Program-made: the position numbers and the translations under genes
The notes under the pieces: generated by a model
What the model was told of the DNA's origin: nothing
What the model saw: the letters and a program-made list of their open reading frames with translations, nothing else
Database searches by the model: none
DNA from: Hemiscyllium ocellatum
Taxonomy: Eukaryota
Direction of reading: 5' to 3'
DNA length: 64,000 nt
NCBI RefSeq assembly: GCF_020745735.1
Contig: NC_083408.1
Location: 38,532,484 to 38,596,483 of the forward strand
Shown here: in pieces, positions 11,575 through 25,305 of the stretch
How the letters are laid out: the number at the start of each line of letters is the position of its first letter
Position numbering within the stretch: the first letter of the stretch is position 1

Positions 11575-13760
11575 TTTAGAAACAAAAAAATAGGAGTAGG
11601 CTATTTAGTTCAGAGTCTACACCACCATTCAGCATGATCACAGCTGATCCTCTTGCCCTATAACCTTTGATTTGACCTCTCAGCTATTTGTGGCAGAAAA
11701 TTCCATGGGTTCACCATCATTCGAGTGGAGAGATTTCTCCTGGCCTCCGTTCAAATTGGCCTAAACTGTATCCTGAGATCTCCTGGTCAAAGGAAGCATC
11801 ATCCCTGCATCTAACCTGCCCAGCCTTGTCAGAATGTGTGTTTCATAGAGATCTCCTCTTATTCTTCTAAAGTCCTGTGAACACAAGCCAAGTTGACCTA
11901 ATCGTTCTTCGTTTGAAAACCCTGACGACATCAGAAGAACCAGTCTGGTGGAACTTTGCTGCAGTCGGTCAATAGCAAGTATATAATTTCTTGGGTAAGT
12001 TGACCAGAACAGCACACATCGTTCCATGTGTGGTTTCACCAAGGCCTTGTGCAGCTGCAATAAGACTTCCACAATCTTGTACTGAAAACTTCTTGAAATG
12101 AAAACCAATATATCATTTGCCTTCCCAAAAGCTTGCAGCTCATGCATGCTTGCTTTCAGTGACTAGTGTTGAAGGTCCGTTTGCATGTCAACATTTCCCA
12201 AGCTATCATTTAAATAATAGTGTGCCATTCTGCCCTTCCTACCAAAGTGGACAACCTCACACTTGTTCACATTATACAGCACCTGCCATGCATTTGCCTC
12301 CTCAATCAACTTCTCTAAGTCACCTTGAACCCACTTTACATCCTCCTTACAACTCACAATTCCACTCAGTTGTGTCATTCGCAAACTTGAAAATATTGCA
12401 TTGGAGTCCCTCATCCAATACAATGCTATATGTTGTGAATAGCGCAAGTTATTATAGGACTTTATCTAAAGTTTTCCGAAAATCAAAAGTACACCACATC
12501 CACTAGTTCTGCTTTAGCTATTCTACTCAAAAAAAAACCACTATATATTTATCTCTTACGATTTCATAAATCCATATTGACTATGCATCATTCTATTGGT
12601 ATTTTCCAAGTGTTCTGATTTCACTTTGTTTATAACAGATTACACCACATTGCCTACAACTGATGTTAGACTAACTCATTTACAACTCAGTTTTCTCCCT
12701 TCCTCCCTTTTTTCAGATAGCGGGGTTACATTTGTCACTCTCCAATCTGCCTCGACTATTGGAAGATGACAACTAACATATCTACTATTTCCACCTTGAG
12801 CAGCCTGGGATGTCGGTTATCAAGCCATAGGGATTTCAGCTTTCAGACCCATTAATTTCTCCAGCATTTCTATTTTGTTAATTGTTATGGAGATGTGGGT
12901 ATACCTGAGAGAGTTAAAAGCAGCAGAACTACCAGACACAGCACCAAGTCTTCTCAATTAGGCAACAATGTATGTAACACTGGATTGAATAACTCGAGTA
13001 GTTCATTGCCTGGAGACAAAAACAAATTTGAATTCGGCTAAACAGTTTAAATTATACCCCGATAAAAATACCAATTTCCAATCAATTTTAAATTGAGTAT
13101 ATTGATAATCTTAAAAGCCAATGACACAATCCGATGCTCTGGGGTATAAGACCGGGGGAAAATTGAACAGTCAAGAACTGCCAAGTCTCAGCATGTATCA
13201 GACAGCTTAAAAAAAACCTCTCTCTTAAAAGTTCCTTTATCGATCAGTAACCTGTGATGCAGAAATCCTACGAAAAAGAAAAAACAAAAGAAAGATCTGA
13301 ATAAAAGACCGAAAGCTGCCTGGTTTTGAGATAGTAAGTGTGGTTTTGTAAATCTTGATTGGAAGCTTTATCAGACTAGCGTTATAGAAGGGAAGGTAAA
13401 AGATAGGTTAAAGAAAGAAATGGTAAATAGTTGTTAGTTAATTATTTCTTCAAGTATAACAGAGAATAAAGTTGTTAATTTTTACTTTAAAATAGTTCTT
13501 AAACACTTTTTTTAAAAACAGATTACTGCACAGGATCAATCTTTGTGTTGCTGGTTTTAAATTTAGCAGGGGGGTTTACCCAGTGTCAGAACAGAATAGT
13601 AGTGTCTTTCAATTCCTTGTTCCTATCAAGTATTTACTTCCCTACCATCTCTCTGAAGTCAGAAGTAGTTTATTTCCTTATTCTCCCCTATCAATTTTCC
13701 GGTTTCAGATTATAAGGGTCTGCATTAATAGTTTCAATTTTACTTACTTATAGAAGCTTT
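11575..13760 (-). mobile_element. CR1 LINE, decayed, interrupted by a solo LTR
   Basis: ORFs 11761..12147 (KALVKPHME..FWS) and 12163..12447 (WQVLYNVNKCEVVHFG). Confidence 0.85.
12883..13593 (+). mobile_element. Solo LTR (Gypsy-type)
   Basis: TGTT...AACA termini; 4-bp TSD taat/gaat; TATA-like tataag at about 13145; AATAAA at about 13300 and 13465. Confidence 0.75.
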
Positions 13761-14255
13761 TGTATTCCATTTGAAATAAATTCTAAAGGATGGAGGAAAT
13801 TATCCCACAGAAGTGCAAGAAAGTCATCTACATATTGCTTAATCAACATCACTGAAGCAGCTAACCTGCCTATAACTAAATTGCTATTTGTGGAATTTCA
13901 CTTTGGGAAAATCTGATGCTCTGAAAGGCACAATATAAATGCAATTCTTTTTTCTACAAACCCATTGTTACACAACATGAAAGGGCCGTTCTGTTTGCAT
14001 TCACTGTGTTCATAGTGCAAACTGAAAACACTCAGTGAGACTGAGCTACTAAAAGCTAAATGCACAGAGAAAAACAAAGTAGGAGGCTAGGCCCAAACAT
14101 ACTTCAGAGAAGTAAAAATTCCACTTAAAACATCATTCAATCATTGCCAACCTTTGAGGCAGGTTAGACAAAAGGAAGTTACTTATAAAACAGTTAATGA
14201 AAGTGGTTATTCAGCAGGCAAGGAGAAATATAGAAGTGAAAGAATCCAAAAAGAG

Positions 14256-14604
14256 GGCTGCACAGCAGGTCAGCAGTTAGCACTGCAGACATACAGCACC
14301 AGGGACCCGGGTTCGATTCCAGCCTCAGGTAATTGTTTGCGTGGAGTTTGCACATTCTCCCTGTCTGCGTGGCTTTCCTCCGGGTGCTCCGGTTTCCTCT
14401 TCCAGTCCAAAGGTGCGCAGGGTAGGTGAATTGGCCATGGTAAATTGCCCATAGTATTCAGGCATGTGTAGATTAGATGAGGTAGTCAGGGGAAATGCAG
14501 AGTAATAGGTTAGGGGAATGGGTCTGGGTGGGATACTCTTCAGAAGGTCAGCGTTGGGCCAATTATCCTGTTTCCACACTGTAGGGATTTTATGACTTTT
14601 ATGA
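14256..14604 (+). mobile_element. HE1-type SINE
   Basis: B box ggttcgattcc, conserved body, ctgtttccacactgtagggatt tail. Confidence 0.88.
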
Positions 14605-15834
14605 AAATTTGCAATACAAAGGCCACTAGTAAAAGCTTTTATAAATATGTTGACAGGATCAGAATGACTAGGAATCAAGGCAATACAAACAAAGATTAGA
14701 AGCAGAAGCGGGTCATCAAGCCTGTTCCACCATTCAATAAGATCATGGCTGATCTGACTGTGGCCACAACACCTACATTCCAAATCTCCTCTCCTACTCT
14801 CTTGTTAGTTGAGAATGTTAGTTACTTACTTATGGAGGCTTTTGTATTCCATTTGAAATAAATTCTAAAGGATGGAGGAGTTATCTGCCTCTGCCTGAAA
14901 AACAGCGATGCTGCCTCCAGCTCATTCTACAAAATACAGTTTCAAAGACCTATCACCTACTAAGAGAAAAGAATTCTTGTCTCCATATTAAATTAAGTAA
15001 TTGACCCACATTTACATTTAAAGCCAACCTTTAATCTCCAGCAAGTCAACTAGAAGCACAGGGTAGATTGTTCCATTGACAACAGTTTCTTTATTTCTAT
15101 CAGTTAAAAAGGTTAGGTGACAAATTTAACCAAAATGTATGAAATATATATCAGAGATAATAGCAGCATAGTAATATAAAGCGTGCTTTAAAATCAGGAA
15201 CTCGGCCTTTAGGGAATAGCCACCACATCAATCTACATAGATAACAAGTTAATGACAGATGTAGTAAGTGAGTACTTTGTATGCTCTCATAATCAAAAAA
15301 GATAACATGCCTGAAATGGAAATAAAAATGAATCACGGGGAAGTCATTATTGTACTCAATACAAGTTTTTTTATAAATGTTGATGGAGAAATTAATGGTT
15401 TCCAGCCATGTTAATTATACAGAATCCCTTAATTCTTCATCCTCAGGTCACAATTTCACCACGTGAGGGCTCTAAGTTAATAGCGCTTTTGCCTGAGTCA
15501 AAGTACATGCTTTGAGGTCCTACCCAGGCATGTACTCAAAAATTAAAGCTGCTACCACAATATGGAGGACACAGTGTCGAGAAGCAATTGTACCATTGCT
15601 CATCTTATGTATGAACTCTCTGCGCCACTGATCATTGTGGTAGGTTCACTGCTGCCATCCTCCTACAGGTTAGGGATCTAAAGGGCCTACTGCAGCAGAG
15701 GAAAACCACATGGCAGCCTAACAAGAGGCTTTTGTCTTAAACAAGATGAAGTTTATTGCATGGATAACAATTATGGATGATATATTAACATAACGCACAT
15801 TGTTACAAAGACAATGTTGAACACCCAAATGATG

Positions 15835-16398
15835 CTTTGTTTTTGCCTTTGTTTTTCTTTTTAACAGTCATTGCGCAGGTGTAGGACACAGTGAAGAACA
15901 AGTGCATAAATCTTTATTTATATTCCACCACCAGGAAGAAAGGAAACACCAGGGAGGCCAATGACAAGTAATGTCCTTTTCAACAAAGGGCAATGGTGGG
16001 TGATCAAAAAAACGTGAAGGGGAAGGCAGGGATTAAATCAAAACAGAGTTTGAGGGGGAAATAATGCACTCCACACCCCGCGGTGCCCACCTCTCCCTGA
16101 ACAACTCAAGGTTGTTGGTGGACACCGCATACTCTTTCTCCAGGGACACCCGGGTTCGAATGTAACCATGGAAGAGGGCCAGACAATTGGCCCTAATGAC
16201 TCCCTCCACGACCCACTGCCTGAACTTGTTTATGGCCAGTTTGGCCAGGCCCAGGAGCAGACCCACGAGGAGGTCCTCTGACCTGCCCTCCCCCTTCTGC
16301 AGCGGGTGCCCAAAGATCAGGAGTGTGGGAATGACATGCAACCAAAAGCAAAGGAGAAGGTTTTTAAGAAAACCAAAAAGGGAGTGTAAACGTCCCAA
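15835..16398 (-). mobile_element. L1-Tx1 clade LINE 3' end (ORF2 C-terminus + 3' UTR)
   Basis: Open 121-aa frame RLHSLF..LKNLLL.FWLH..PTLLIFG...LLLGLAKLAI...FRERW; AATAAA near 15915 and A-rich tail on the minus strand. Confidence 0.75.
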
Positions 16399-16437
16399 AA
16401 GGTTCTCTTATCCCTTCAAGATCATAAGCTTTTTTTT

Positions 16438-16568
16438 NNNNNNNNNNNNNNNNNNNNNNNNNNNNNNNNNNNNNNNNNNNNNNNNNNNNNNNNNNNNNNN
16501 NNNNNNNNNNNNNNNNNNNNNNNNNNNNNNNNNNNNNNNNNNNNNNNNNNNNNNNNNNNNNNNNNNNN
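16438..16568. other. Assembly gap (131 N)
   Basis: N run flanked by poly-T. Confidence 1.
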
Positions 16569-17061
16569 TTTTTTGTTCTAGCAATACCCCCATAATAAAA
16601 CTTTACATTATATGAGATTAAACTGGTAAAACATTTATTGAAATCGTCAAGATCATTGCCTGTGATAGTTTTGCTAAATTTGCATTTTGAGTACATAGGA
16701 CTGTAAAAATTAGATCCAGCACATAAAGAACCAATGAGGATTTTAGAAGCATCAGCAAAGTAGCTAAAAAGAGAGACTGAAATGATGTGTCACAGAAGGA
16801 TGTGTGATGACATGAACGAAAATGATTAGACTGCTTGGAAGAGAAGGGGATCAAGACAAGGTAGGAAAACACCAGTGATGACATTTAAATGCTGCAGAAT
16901 TGTAAAAGTAGTATGTGACAGACAAGAGAAAATGGACAAGGATGATCAACCAGAACTACAGCTACCCAAAGTAAATAGAAGAGTAGAAGCGTCCTCCAAA
17001 AAAAATCTTGGATTTGTTTTTTGTGGAGGATTGAGGTTTGGAAAGAATGAGATAACTGATA

Positions 17062-19812
17062 ATATGAAGAACATAAGGAGCAGAAATAAATTTCAGCCCT
17101 TCAAGTCTGCTCTACCATTTATTACAACCATGGCTGATCTTGTGTCAACCTCAGCTCCTGCCCACTCCCCATAATCCTTTAGTCCATTAATTTCCTCAAA
17201 TATATTGTATAAGACTCTGGTGAGGCCTCATCTGGAGTATTGTGTGCAGTTTTGGTCGCCATACTATAGGAAGGATGTGGAAGCTTTAGAACGAGTGCAG
17301 AGGAGGTTTACCAGGATGTTGCCTGGAATGGTAGGAAAATCTTATGAGGAAAGGCTGAGGCACTTGGGGCTGTTCTCATTGGAGAAGAGAAGGTTTAGGG
17401 GAGATCTGATAGAAGTGTATAAGATGATTAGGGGTTTAGATAGGGTAGATACTAAGAACCTTTTACTGCTAATGGAGTCAGGTGTTACTAGGGGACATAG
17501 CTTTAAATTAAGGGGTGGTAGGTATAGGACAGATGTTAGGGGTAGATTCTTCACACAGCGGGTTGAGAGTTCATGGAATGCCCTGCCCGTATCAGTGGTG
17601 AACTCTCCTTCTTTATGGTCATTTAAGCGGGCATTGGATAGGCATTTGGAAGTTATTGGGCTAGTATAGGTTAGGTAGGATTCGGTCGGCGCAACATCGA
17701 GGGCCGAAGGGCCTGTACTGCGCTGTATCCTTCTATGTTCTATATTTCCTGTCCCAGTACACACTGCACTCAGATTGTGAATTCCACATACTCTCGACCC
17801 CCTGACATAAGTAATTCCTCTCTCTCTGTTGTGAATCTGCCACCCCTCAGCTAAAATTATTACCTCTTATTCAGGATTGCCCACAAGAGGAAATGTTTGT
17901 TCTTCATCTACTTCATCTATCCCCTTTAACATCATATATAACTCAGTTAGATCTCCTCTCATTCTCATGTCGAGCAAGCATAGTCCAAAACTATATAATC
18001 TCCCTTCGTAAGACATACCTTTCATCTTTGGAATTAATCTAGTGAACATTCTCTGAACTTGTCTCCAAAGTAAATACATTCCTCCTCAAGCGAGGAGTCA
18101 AAACTGTACACAGTCCTTCAGCTGTAGTCTCACCAATGCCTTGTACAGTTGCAACAATACATCCCTACTGTTCTACTCCATTACTTTAATAATGAATGTC
18201 AAAATTCTAGTCACCCTCCTTATTACCTACTGGAAAGCATACTTGCAATTCATGCACAAAGATACTGGGATTTCTCTGCAGCAAAGCATTTTGAAGTTTT
18301 TCTCCATTTAGATAATAAGTTGCCTTGTTTTTCCCCAACCAAGCTAGATAACCTCACACTTAGCCATGTTAAGCTCCATCTGCCAAATTTTGGCCTATGC
18401 ACCTAAGCCCATCCACATCCATTTATGAATTTCTTATTTCATTATTGCAACTTAGTTTCCCATCTATTTTAGAGTTGTATGCAAATTTGGCAACAGTATA
18501 TTCTATGTCTGCATCACAGTCATTAATATTGGCTATTAAAAGTTGAGGTCCCAAAGACCAAGCCCTGAGTAACTATATTTTGCCAACCAGAAAAATACAT
18601 AGTTAACCTCTGTTTTCTATTAGTTAGACAATACTCTATCCAAGCTAACTCCACATGATATTACCTTCTGTATGAACCTTTTATGCAGCACCTTAAACAC
18701 CTTCTTAAAGTCTAGATATACTGCACCTACAGGAGCCCTACTATCCACTTTGCTTGTTCCATCTTTGACAAACTCTAGCAAGTTAGTCAGTCAAACTCAG
18801 CATACCCTTCGTAAAATCATGCTAACTCTCATGGTTTGGTTTGACTTTCCAAGTTTCTCATTACCACAATACTTTCTTCATAATAGATTCCAACAATTTC
18901 CCAATGACAGATGAAAAACTAACTGATCTGTAGTTTCCTACTTACTGCCTCTTCCCCTTTTTGAATTAGGGATTGCATTAGCATTTTCCCAATCAACTGG
19001 TACATTTCCAGAATCCAGGGAATTTTGAAATATTACAATCAACGTATCCACTATCTGTACTGCTATTTCTTTCAAGACATTCAGGTGTAGCCAATCTGGC
19101 TCTGGGGACTTGCCTACCTTTAACACCAATAATTTACTCAGTACATTTTGTCTTGTGACAGTGATTGCTTTAAGTTTTTCCTTTTCTATAACCTCTACAT
19201 TACCTGCTACTATTGGGGTGGTTTAGTGAACTCCACAATGAAAACAGACAAAATTTTGATTTAGCGTCTCTGTCATTTGTGTTCGCCCCCTTACTAACAT
19301 CCCAGTTTTTCCTCTAAGGGACCAATACTGTATTCACTTTAGCTACTCTCACACTTCTCATATATAGAAGGTTGCACTTTCAGCTTTTAGATTTTGCATT
19401 TTTTCTGTAACTTACCTTTTCTCTTTTTAATCACTTTTTTTTAGTAACCATTCATTGGTCTTTAAAAGTGTCCCAATCCTCCAGACTGCCACTGACCTCT
19501 GAAATATAGTAAGCCTTTTGATTTTATCTATCTTTTTTCATCTCTGAAATACATTTTATTTGGGAGGAATTTACTATTTCCTTGAATGTCTGCAACTGTT
19601 CATCAGCTACCCAATATTTTAGTTTGTCTGCCCAGTCCATTAGAGCCAAATCTGTCCTCACACCTATGTAATTACCTTTGTTTAAACACCAGAAGACAGT
19701 GTGCAACTCAAATTTCTCAACCTCAAACTAAATCTGAAATTCCAGCATGCTATGATCAACTCTTCCCTAGAGGACCCTTTCCTATGTGGTCATTAATTAA
19801 TCCCATCTCACT
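17062..19812 (-). mobile_element. Old CR1 LINE (host of a younger CR1)
   Basis: Minus-strand ORF pieces KSPEPDWLHLNVLKE..IFQNSLDSGNVPVDWENAN and VQRMFTRLIP. Confidence 0.85.
17207..17746 (+). mobile_element. Young 5'-truncated CR1 LINE
   Basis: Uninterrupted 154-aa frame YKTLVRPHLEYCVQFWSP...WNALP; ttctatg tail; TSD tatatt (17201-17206 / 17741-17746). Confidence 0.92.
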
Positions 19813-22020
19813 CAATCTGATAAAAGGTATTTCATTTACAGGTGCCGTAAGGCTTTTTTGCTGGAACCAATGTTCAATGTACAGTTTGGCAAGCGCTGAC
19901 AGCTTTAATGGCTTCATCATCAATGGGTTTTTCAAGAATAGTACAAGGCAGTGATCCAAGCTCAAGGTTCAGGAAACAAGTCATAAACACAACAGTTCAT
20001 AAACATTTAAACACAACTAAATGCTCGCTTTGTAATTATACACAGGTATTTATGTGATCAGTTTCGAGGTGCCTTATTCAGAGAACAGAATGAACAGAAG
20101 GAACTGACTTTTTTAAAAAAAACCTTAGTTATATAAGCAAAAACATTGATAGTTACATCAACAAGTTCAGTACTCATGGAGTTAATGTGCAAAATTGAAT
20201 TAAATATAGCAACCTGCAGAATCAGACCAGTTTGCAGCCCGTTTGACTGTTTACTTAGGTCTGGCCATGCTTTTATCATTTATGGTAAGCTGCACAAAAC
20301 TAACAATCTGCATGATCCAACATTGCTTGCAGCTGTTTTCCTTCAATCATCAACAATAAAAACAACACAGGAGGTACCAACTGAAGTTGACGCCAAAGGT
20401 CATTTTTCCACAAAATCATAGATGCACCATGTATAAATAATTAAACATTGCATGCAAAGCTGGTTGTTTTTAAATGTAATGACGCAACTACATAAATGAT
20501 TATTTCTTGTTTGCAACTCCAAGCAATTGCCCCACATTAGCAGCATTTCTCATCTGACATACAATAAGCTGCAGATTTAAAAATTTGAGCAATACACAAT
20601 TGCAATGTGAAGTTACATTTGGCAAGCCTCCCAACTAATGCCAGTGAGCCTCTGGAGGTTGTAAACAGTTACTAATTCTAACTTTTTGATTTATCAATCC
20701 ACATATAGTTGGCCTTGATTCAGGCAGCACTGGAAGAAATTTTACATGTACTTGCCAATTGCATTTGGTATTTAAAACAGAACTTAAATTAACTTCCAGC
20801 TGCCAAAGAAACATTGTCCATGAAACTGTATTCCAACCAGAATTAGTATCTATGGGAAAGGACAAAAAGAGATGGAAAAGCAGGGTTGTTGCAAGGAGAG
20901 TGAACTGGAAAATCAACAAAAATGACGAAAGAATGAACAAACAGTGGGCAGACTGAGGGACAAAAGCACGACTGGGAATTTATGCTATTATATCAGGTAT
21001 GTTTAGCAGCTACAGTAACAGACCCCAAAAGATTCAAAAATGATAACGCGGTTATTTTAATTGCAGCAAACTTGCACATGGGAGAGCACCATTCAGCCCC
21101 TCAAGTCTGTAATAACACCATTCAATGAGATTACTGATAATCCATGATCTAATTCTAAATGTTCAGCTTTACCTCATACCCATTAAAGTCTTGTGCTAAC
21201 AAAATCTCAGATCATCACAGATGGTCAAGTGACTTTGGAACTCCTTGCCATCGTGAGAAGTGGGGGCAAAGTCCTTGTGCATACTTAAGACTGAGATAGT
21301 TAGATTCTTAATTGGTAGGAGAATGAAGGGTAATGGGGAAAAGGGGGATTTGAGGAATATCAGATCAGCCATGATCATATTGAATAGCAGACCAGGACTC
21401 GAGAGACCAAATGTCCTACTCCTGTTCCTGTTTCTTATAGTCTTATCTGGCCCCTTTGATCATCCTCTGCCTGTCAAGTGAAAAATATTCCAGCAAATTT
21501 CTGCCAGATCTGCTGAGCTTCTCTAGCATTTTCTCTGCTTGTTTCTACCAATTAAGGGGTTTCTCTATCGGCTGCTCAGCCAATCCCCTAAGCAATCCAG
21601 TAATCTTCCTTAAATTCCACCAGCTTAAGATTAAGCTAACAATCTCTTACCAGAGGTTTCACTGAATGCCTTCTGGAAGTTCATGTAAATAATACCTAAT
21701 GATACTCAACTTTCCACAACTTTAGTGAGCCATTCAAAAAATTCAAGTCATTTTAGACAATAAACAATAGGTGCAGGAGTAGGCCATTCAGCCCTTCGAG
21801 CCTGCACCGCCATTCAATATGATCATGGCTGATCATTCCTAATCAGTATCCGCTCCCTGCCTTATCTCCATAACCCTTGATTCCACTATCTTTGAGAGCT
21901 CTATCCAACTCTTTAATAGACAAGACAAGGCACAGAGCTTCACATTCACTCGCCTCAATCACCTGTAAACAAGGGACGGAGCGCGCAAGCAATGCTGCTT
22001 AAACAAAGAGGAATGAAGAT

Positions 22021-22340
22021 GATTAGATTACCTACAGTGTGGAAGCAGGCCCTTCAGCCCAACAAGTCCACACCGACCTTCTGATGAGTAACCCAACCAG
22101 ACCCATTTCCCTCTGACTAATGTCAGTTACATTAGTGTTAGGACTAATGTACCTAACACTATGGGCAATTTAACATAGCCAATTCACCTGACCTGCACAT
22201 CTTTGGACTGTGGGAGGAAACCCATGCAGACTACAGGGATAATGTACAAACTACACACAGACAGTTGCCCGAGGCTGGGATCAAACCTGGGACCCTGGTG
22301 CTGTGAGGCAGTAATGCTAACCACTGAGCCACCGTGCCGA
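22021..22340 (-). mobile_element. HE1-type SINE
   Basis: Reverse complement cggcacggtggctcagtggttagc head. Confidence 0.85.
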
Positions 22341-23849
22341 GCTATAAACCTGAATTTCCCATGGCTAACCAACCTGGACTGCACATTCCTGGACATTAGG
22401 CAAGCCTAATTCATGCTGGTTCTTTTCATTCAGCTGAAAATATTTAAGGTGTTTTCACCTACTTCTTCTAAAACCTGGAAACCAACTGGTTTTAAAGGGG
22501 CATAATTCTTTAATGCTATTATTTAGTTGATAAGTGATTGCTGTTCATGTTAGTTTTGTTGAACCCTCACCCAATTCAATATTAACTTCTTGGAATGCCT
22601 GGCATGCAATTTTCCTTTTCTACTCCACATAATGGCACAAAGTAATTTAATTTTCAACAAGGTACAAATTGTGTCTGACCCTCCTCATGCCCTACTATAA
22701 CTTTAAAGCTAAAAATGTGTCGAATTTGATATCCCTTGCACATTTCCATTCATACTCATAACATCTTTTGTCATTACCTGCTACCTACCAAATAAAGATC
22801 AACTCTGCCTTATCTTGGATTATATTCATTCTATCTACTTTGCAGTCTATGTTTTTTTTAATACTCTAATTTCTATCAATCCAACAGCTTCATGTCATTT
22901 TTTTAGATATCAACATATTTCCCAATTTCTAACTGTATTTGACTTAAACTGAAGTCAAATTGTGAACGTACAAACAGGAGCACCCTGTTCCACCATTCAA
23001 TGAGATCATAGCTGATCTGCAGCTTAACTCTATATACTGTATCTGCCTTCAGGCTACGTGCCTTTTGATACATTTTTGTTAAGTAAAGATACTATCTCAG
23101 ATTTAACATTAACTGATCCAGCATTAGCTGCCATTATGGAAGAGTGTTCCAATCACCTACCACCCTTTGTGTATAGAAGTGCGTCCTAACATCTCTCCTG
23201 AATGGTCTGACCAATGTTCGCATGCAATGCAATCTATAGATGCTACAGTTTCTAATGGGTTCTCACATCCTCACCTCACATCATTACTAGAATGATTGTC
23301 TCCAAGTACTGTCTCAGTTTCAGAGAGTTTCTTAAATTCACCAGAGGCAGTGAAGCTTGTTCCAATCATTCTTCAGCCATTGGACATGCCAAAATAAATC
23401 GCCATGAATTTTTAGATAGTTGCAGGATGCATCTCTTCCATTAAAGACTACTCATCTATTGCAATAAACTGTGGCAGTTTGCAAATTCACACATCGTTTT
23501 CACTCTGCTGACCACACCAAACAGCTGCTGTCTGAGATTTATGGTTTGTAGGGTGTTCCGTAGCCATCTCAAAAAATGGTTCTGTGCCCTCTTTCCATCA
23601 CAATGTGAAATACATTAGCTTTTCACCGACACAGAAAGTTAATTATTCATTTTTGATTACAACTCCCTTTCTGTTTTTAAATATATCGATAGGTTACAGC
23701 CCCAACACCTATAACACCTTTCCAGGTTGCTAGGAAATTCAGGGTTTACTCATGGCAGACACAGAAACTGCTGTCATTGCTTTCACGCATAAATATCTCG
23801 CACTTTCTCAGTAATACAAATTTAAACCTTGGACTGACTTCTATAAATC

Positions 23850-24803
23850 AACCCCACCCCTCCAACCGTAACAAGGACAGAACACCCCTGGTACTCACCT
23901 TCCATCCTACCAACTTTTGCATAAACCAAATCATCTGCCGACATTTCCACCACCTCCAAAAGACCCCACCACCAGGGGTATATTTCCCTCCCCACCCCTT
24001 TCCGCCTTCTGCAAAGTTCCCTCCATAACTACCTGGTCAGGTCCACGCCCCCCTACAACCCACCCTCCCATCCTGGCACCTTCCCCTGCCACTGCAGGAA
24101 CTGCAAAACCTGCGCCCACACCTTCTCCCTCATCTGCATCCAGGGCCCTAAAGGAACCTTCCACATCCAAAGTTCCACCTGCACATCCACTAATATCATT
24201 TATTGTATCCGTTGCTCCCGATGCGGTCTCCTCTACATTGGGGAGACTGGGCGCCTCCTAGCAGAGCGTTTTAGGGAACATCTCCGGGACACCCGCACCA
24301 ATCAACCACACCGCTCTGTGACCCAACATTTCAACTCCCCCTCCCACTCTGCCGAGGACATGGAGATCCTGGGCCTCCTTCACCACTGCTCCCTCACCAC
24401 CAGACGCCTGGAGGAAGAACGCCTCATCTTCCGCATCAGAACACCTCAACCCCAGGGCATCAATGTGGACTTGAACAGTTTCCTCATTTCCCCTTCCCCC
24501 ACCTCACCCTAGTTCCAAACTTCCAGCTCAGCACTGTCCCCATGACCTGTCCTACCTGCCTAGCTCCTTTTCCACCTATCCACTCCATCCTCCTCCCTGA
24601 CCTATCACCTTCATCCCCTCCCCCACTCACCTATTGTACTCTATGCTACTTTCTCCCCACCCCCACCCTCCTCTAGCTCATCTCTCCACGCTTCAAGCTC
24701 TCTGCCTTTATTCCTGATGAAGGGCTTTTGCCCAAAACGTCGATTTTATTGCTCCTCGGATGCTGCCTGAACTGCTGTGCTCCTCCAGCACCACTAATCC
24801 AGA
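23850..24803 (+). mobile_element. Penelope-like element 3' portion with GIY-YIG endonuclease
   Basis: TCTSTNIIYCIRCSRCGLLYIGETGRLLAERFREH...HFNSPSHS...GINVD, followed by a C-rich UTR and a hammerhead motif at 24714. Confidence 0.92.
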
Positions 24804-24949
24804 GAAACTCAGCATGTCTGGCAATATCTGTGGATAGAGGAAGAGTTATCGCTTCAAATCCAAAGACATCTTCAGAACTGGATGGAATAGATAGCATCTA
24901 ACATTTGCAATCTTTTCTTTCAGATACTGTTAATTAGACAGAAAGGATG

Positions 24950-25305
24950 ATATAGTGGCAATGTCACTGAACTATTAATCCAGAGGTCCAATACAATGCT
25001 CTGGGGCTACACATTCAAATCCCACCACACGGCTGGTAGAATTTAAATTCACTTAATAAATATGGAATATAAAGCTTATATGAGTGATAGTTTCATAGTC
25101 ACTATCTTCCTCTATTGTATAAACTTCTGTGATTCACTATCAAGCTTTAGGGAAGTAAATCTGCCATCCTTACTTGGTCTGACTTAAGTTTAATTAATCC
25201 TTAAATACCCTCTGAAATGACCCAGCAAGGCAGTCAATTCAAGGGCAATTAGAGATGGTAACAAACCTTTCTAATGACACCCTTCACCCCACAAAAACAT
25301 TAATT
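24950..25305 (+). mobile_element. tRNA-headed SINE (bipartite LINE derivative)
   Basis: Same head, body and tail as the 1672 and 59535 copies. Confidence 0.7.

Noticed and set aside
16187-16696. ORFs spanning the N run
   Set aside because: Artefacts of the assembly gap.
17205-17669. 154-aa ORF as a host gene
   Set aside because: CR1 ORF2 C-terminus with LINE tail and TSD.
23220-23790. Minus-strand YRLH peptide as PCNX1 exon 2
   Set aside because: Flanking residues do not match (no KxVN or hydrophobic helix) and there are no fitting splice sites.
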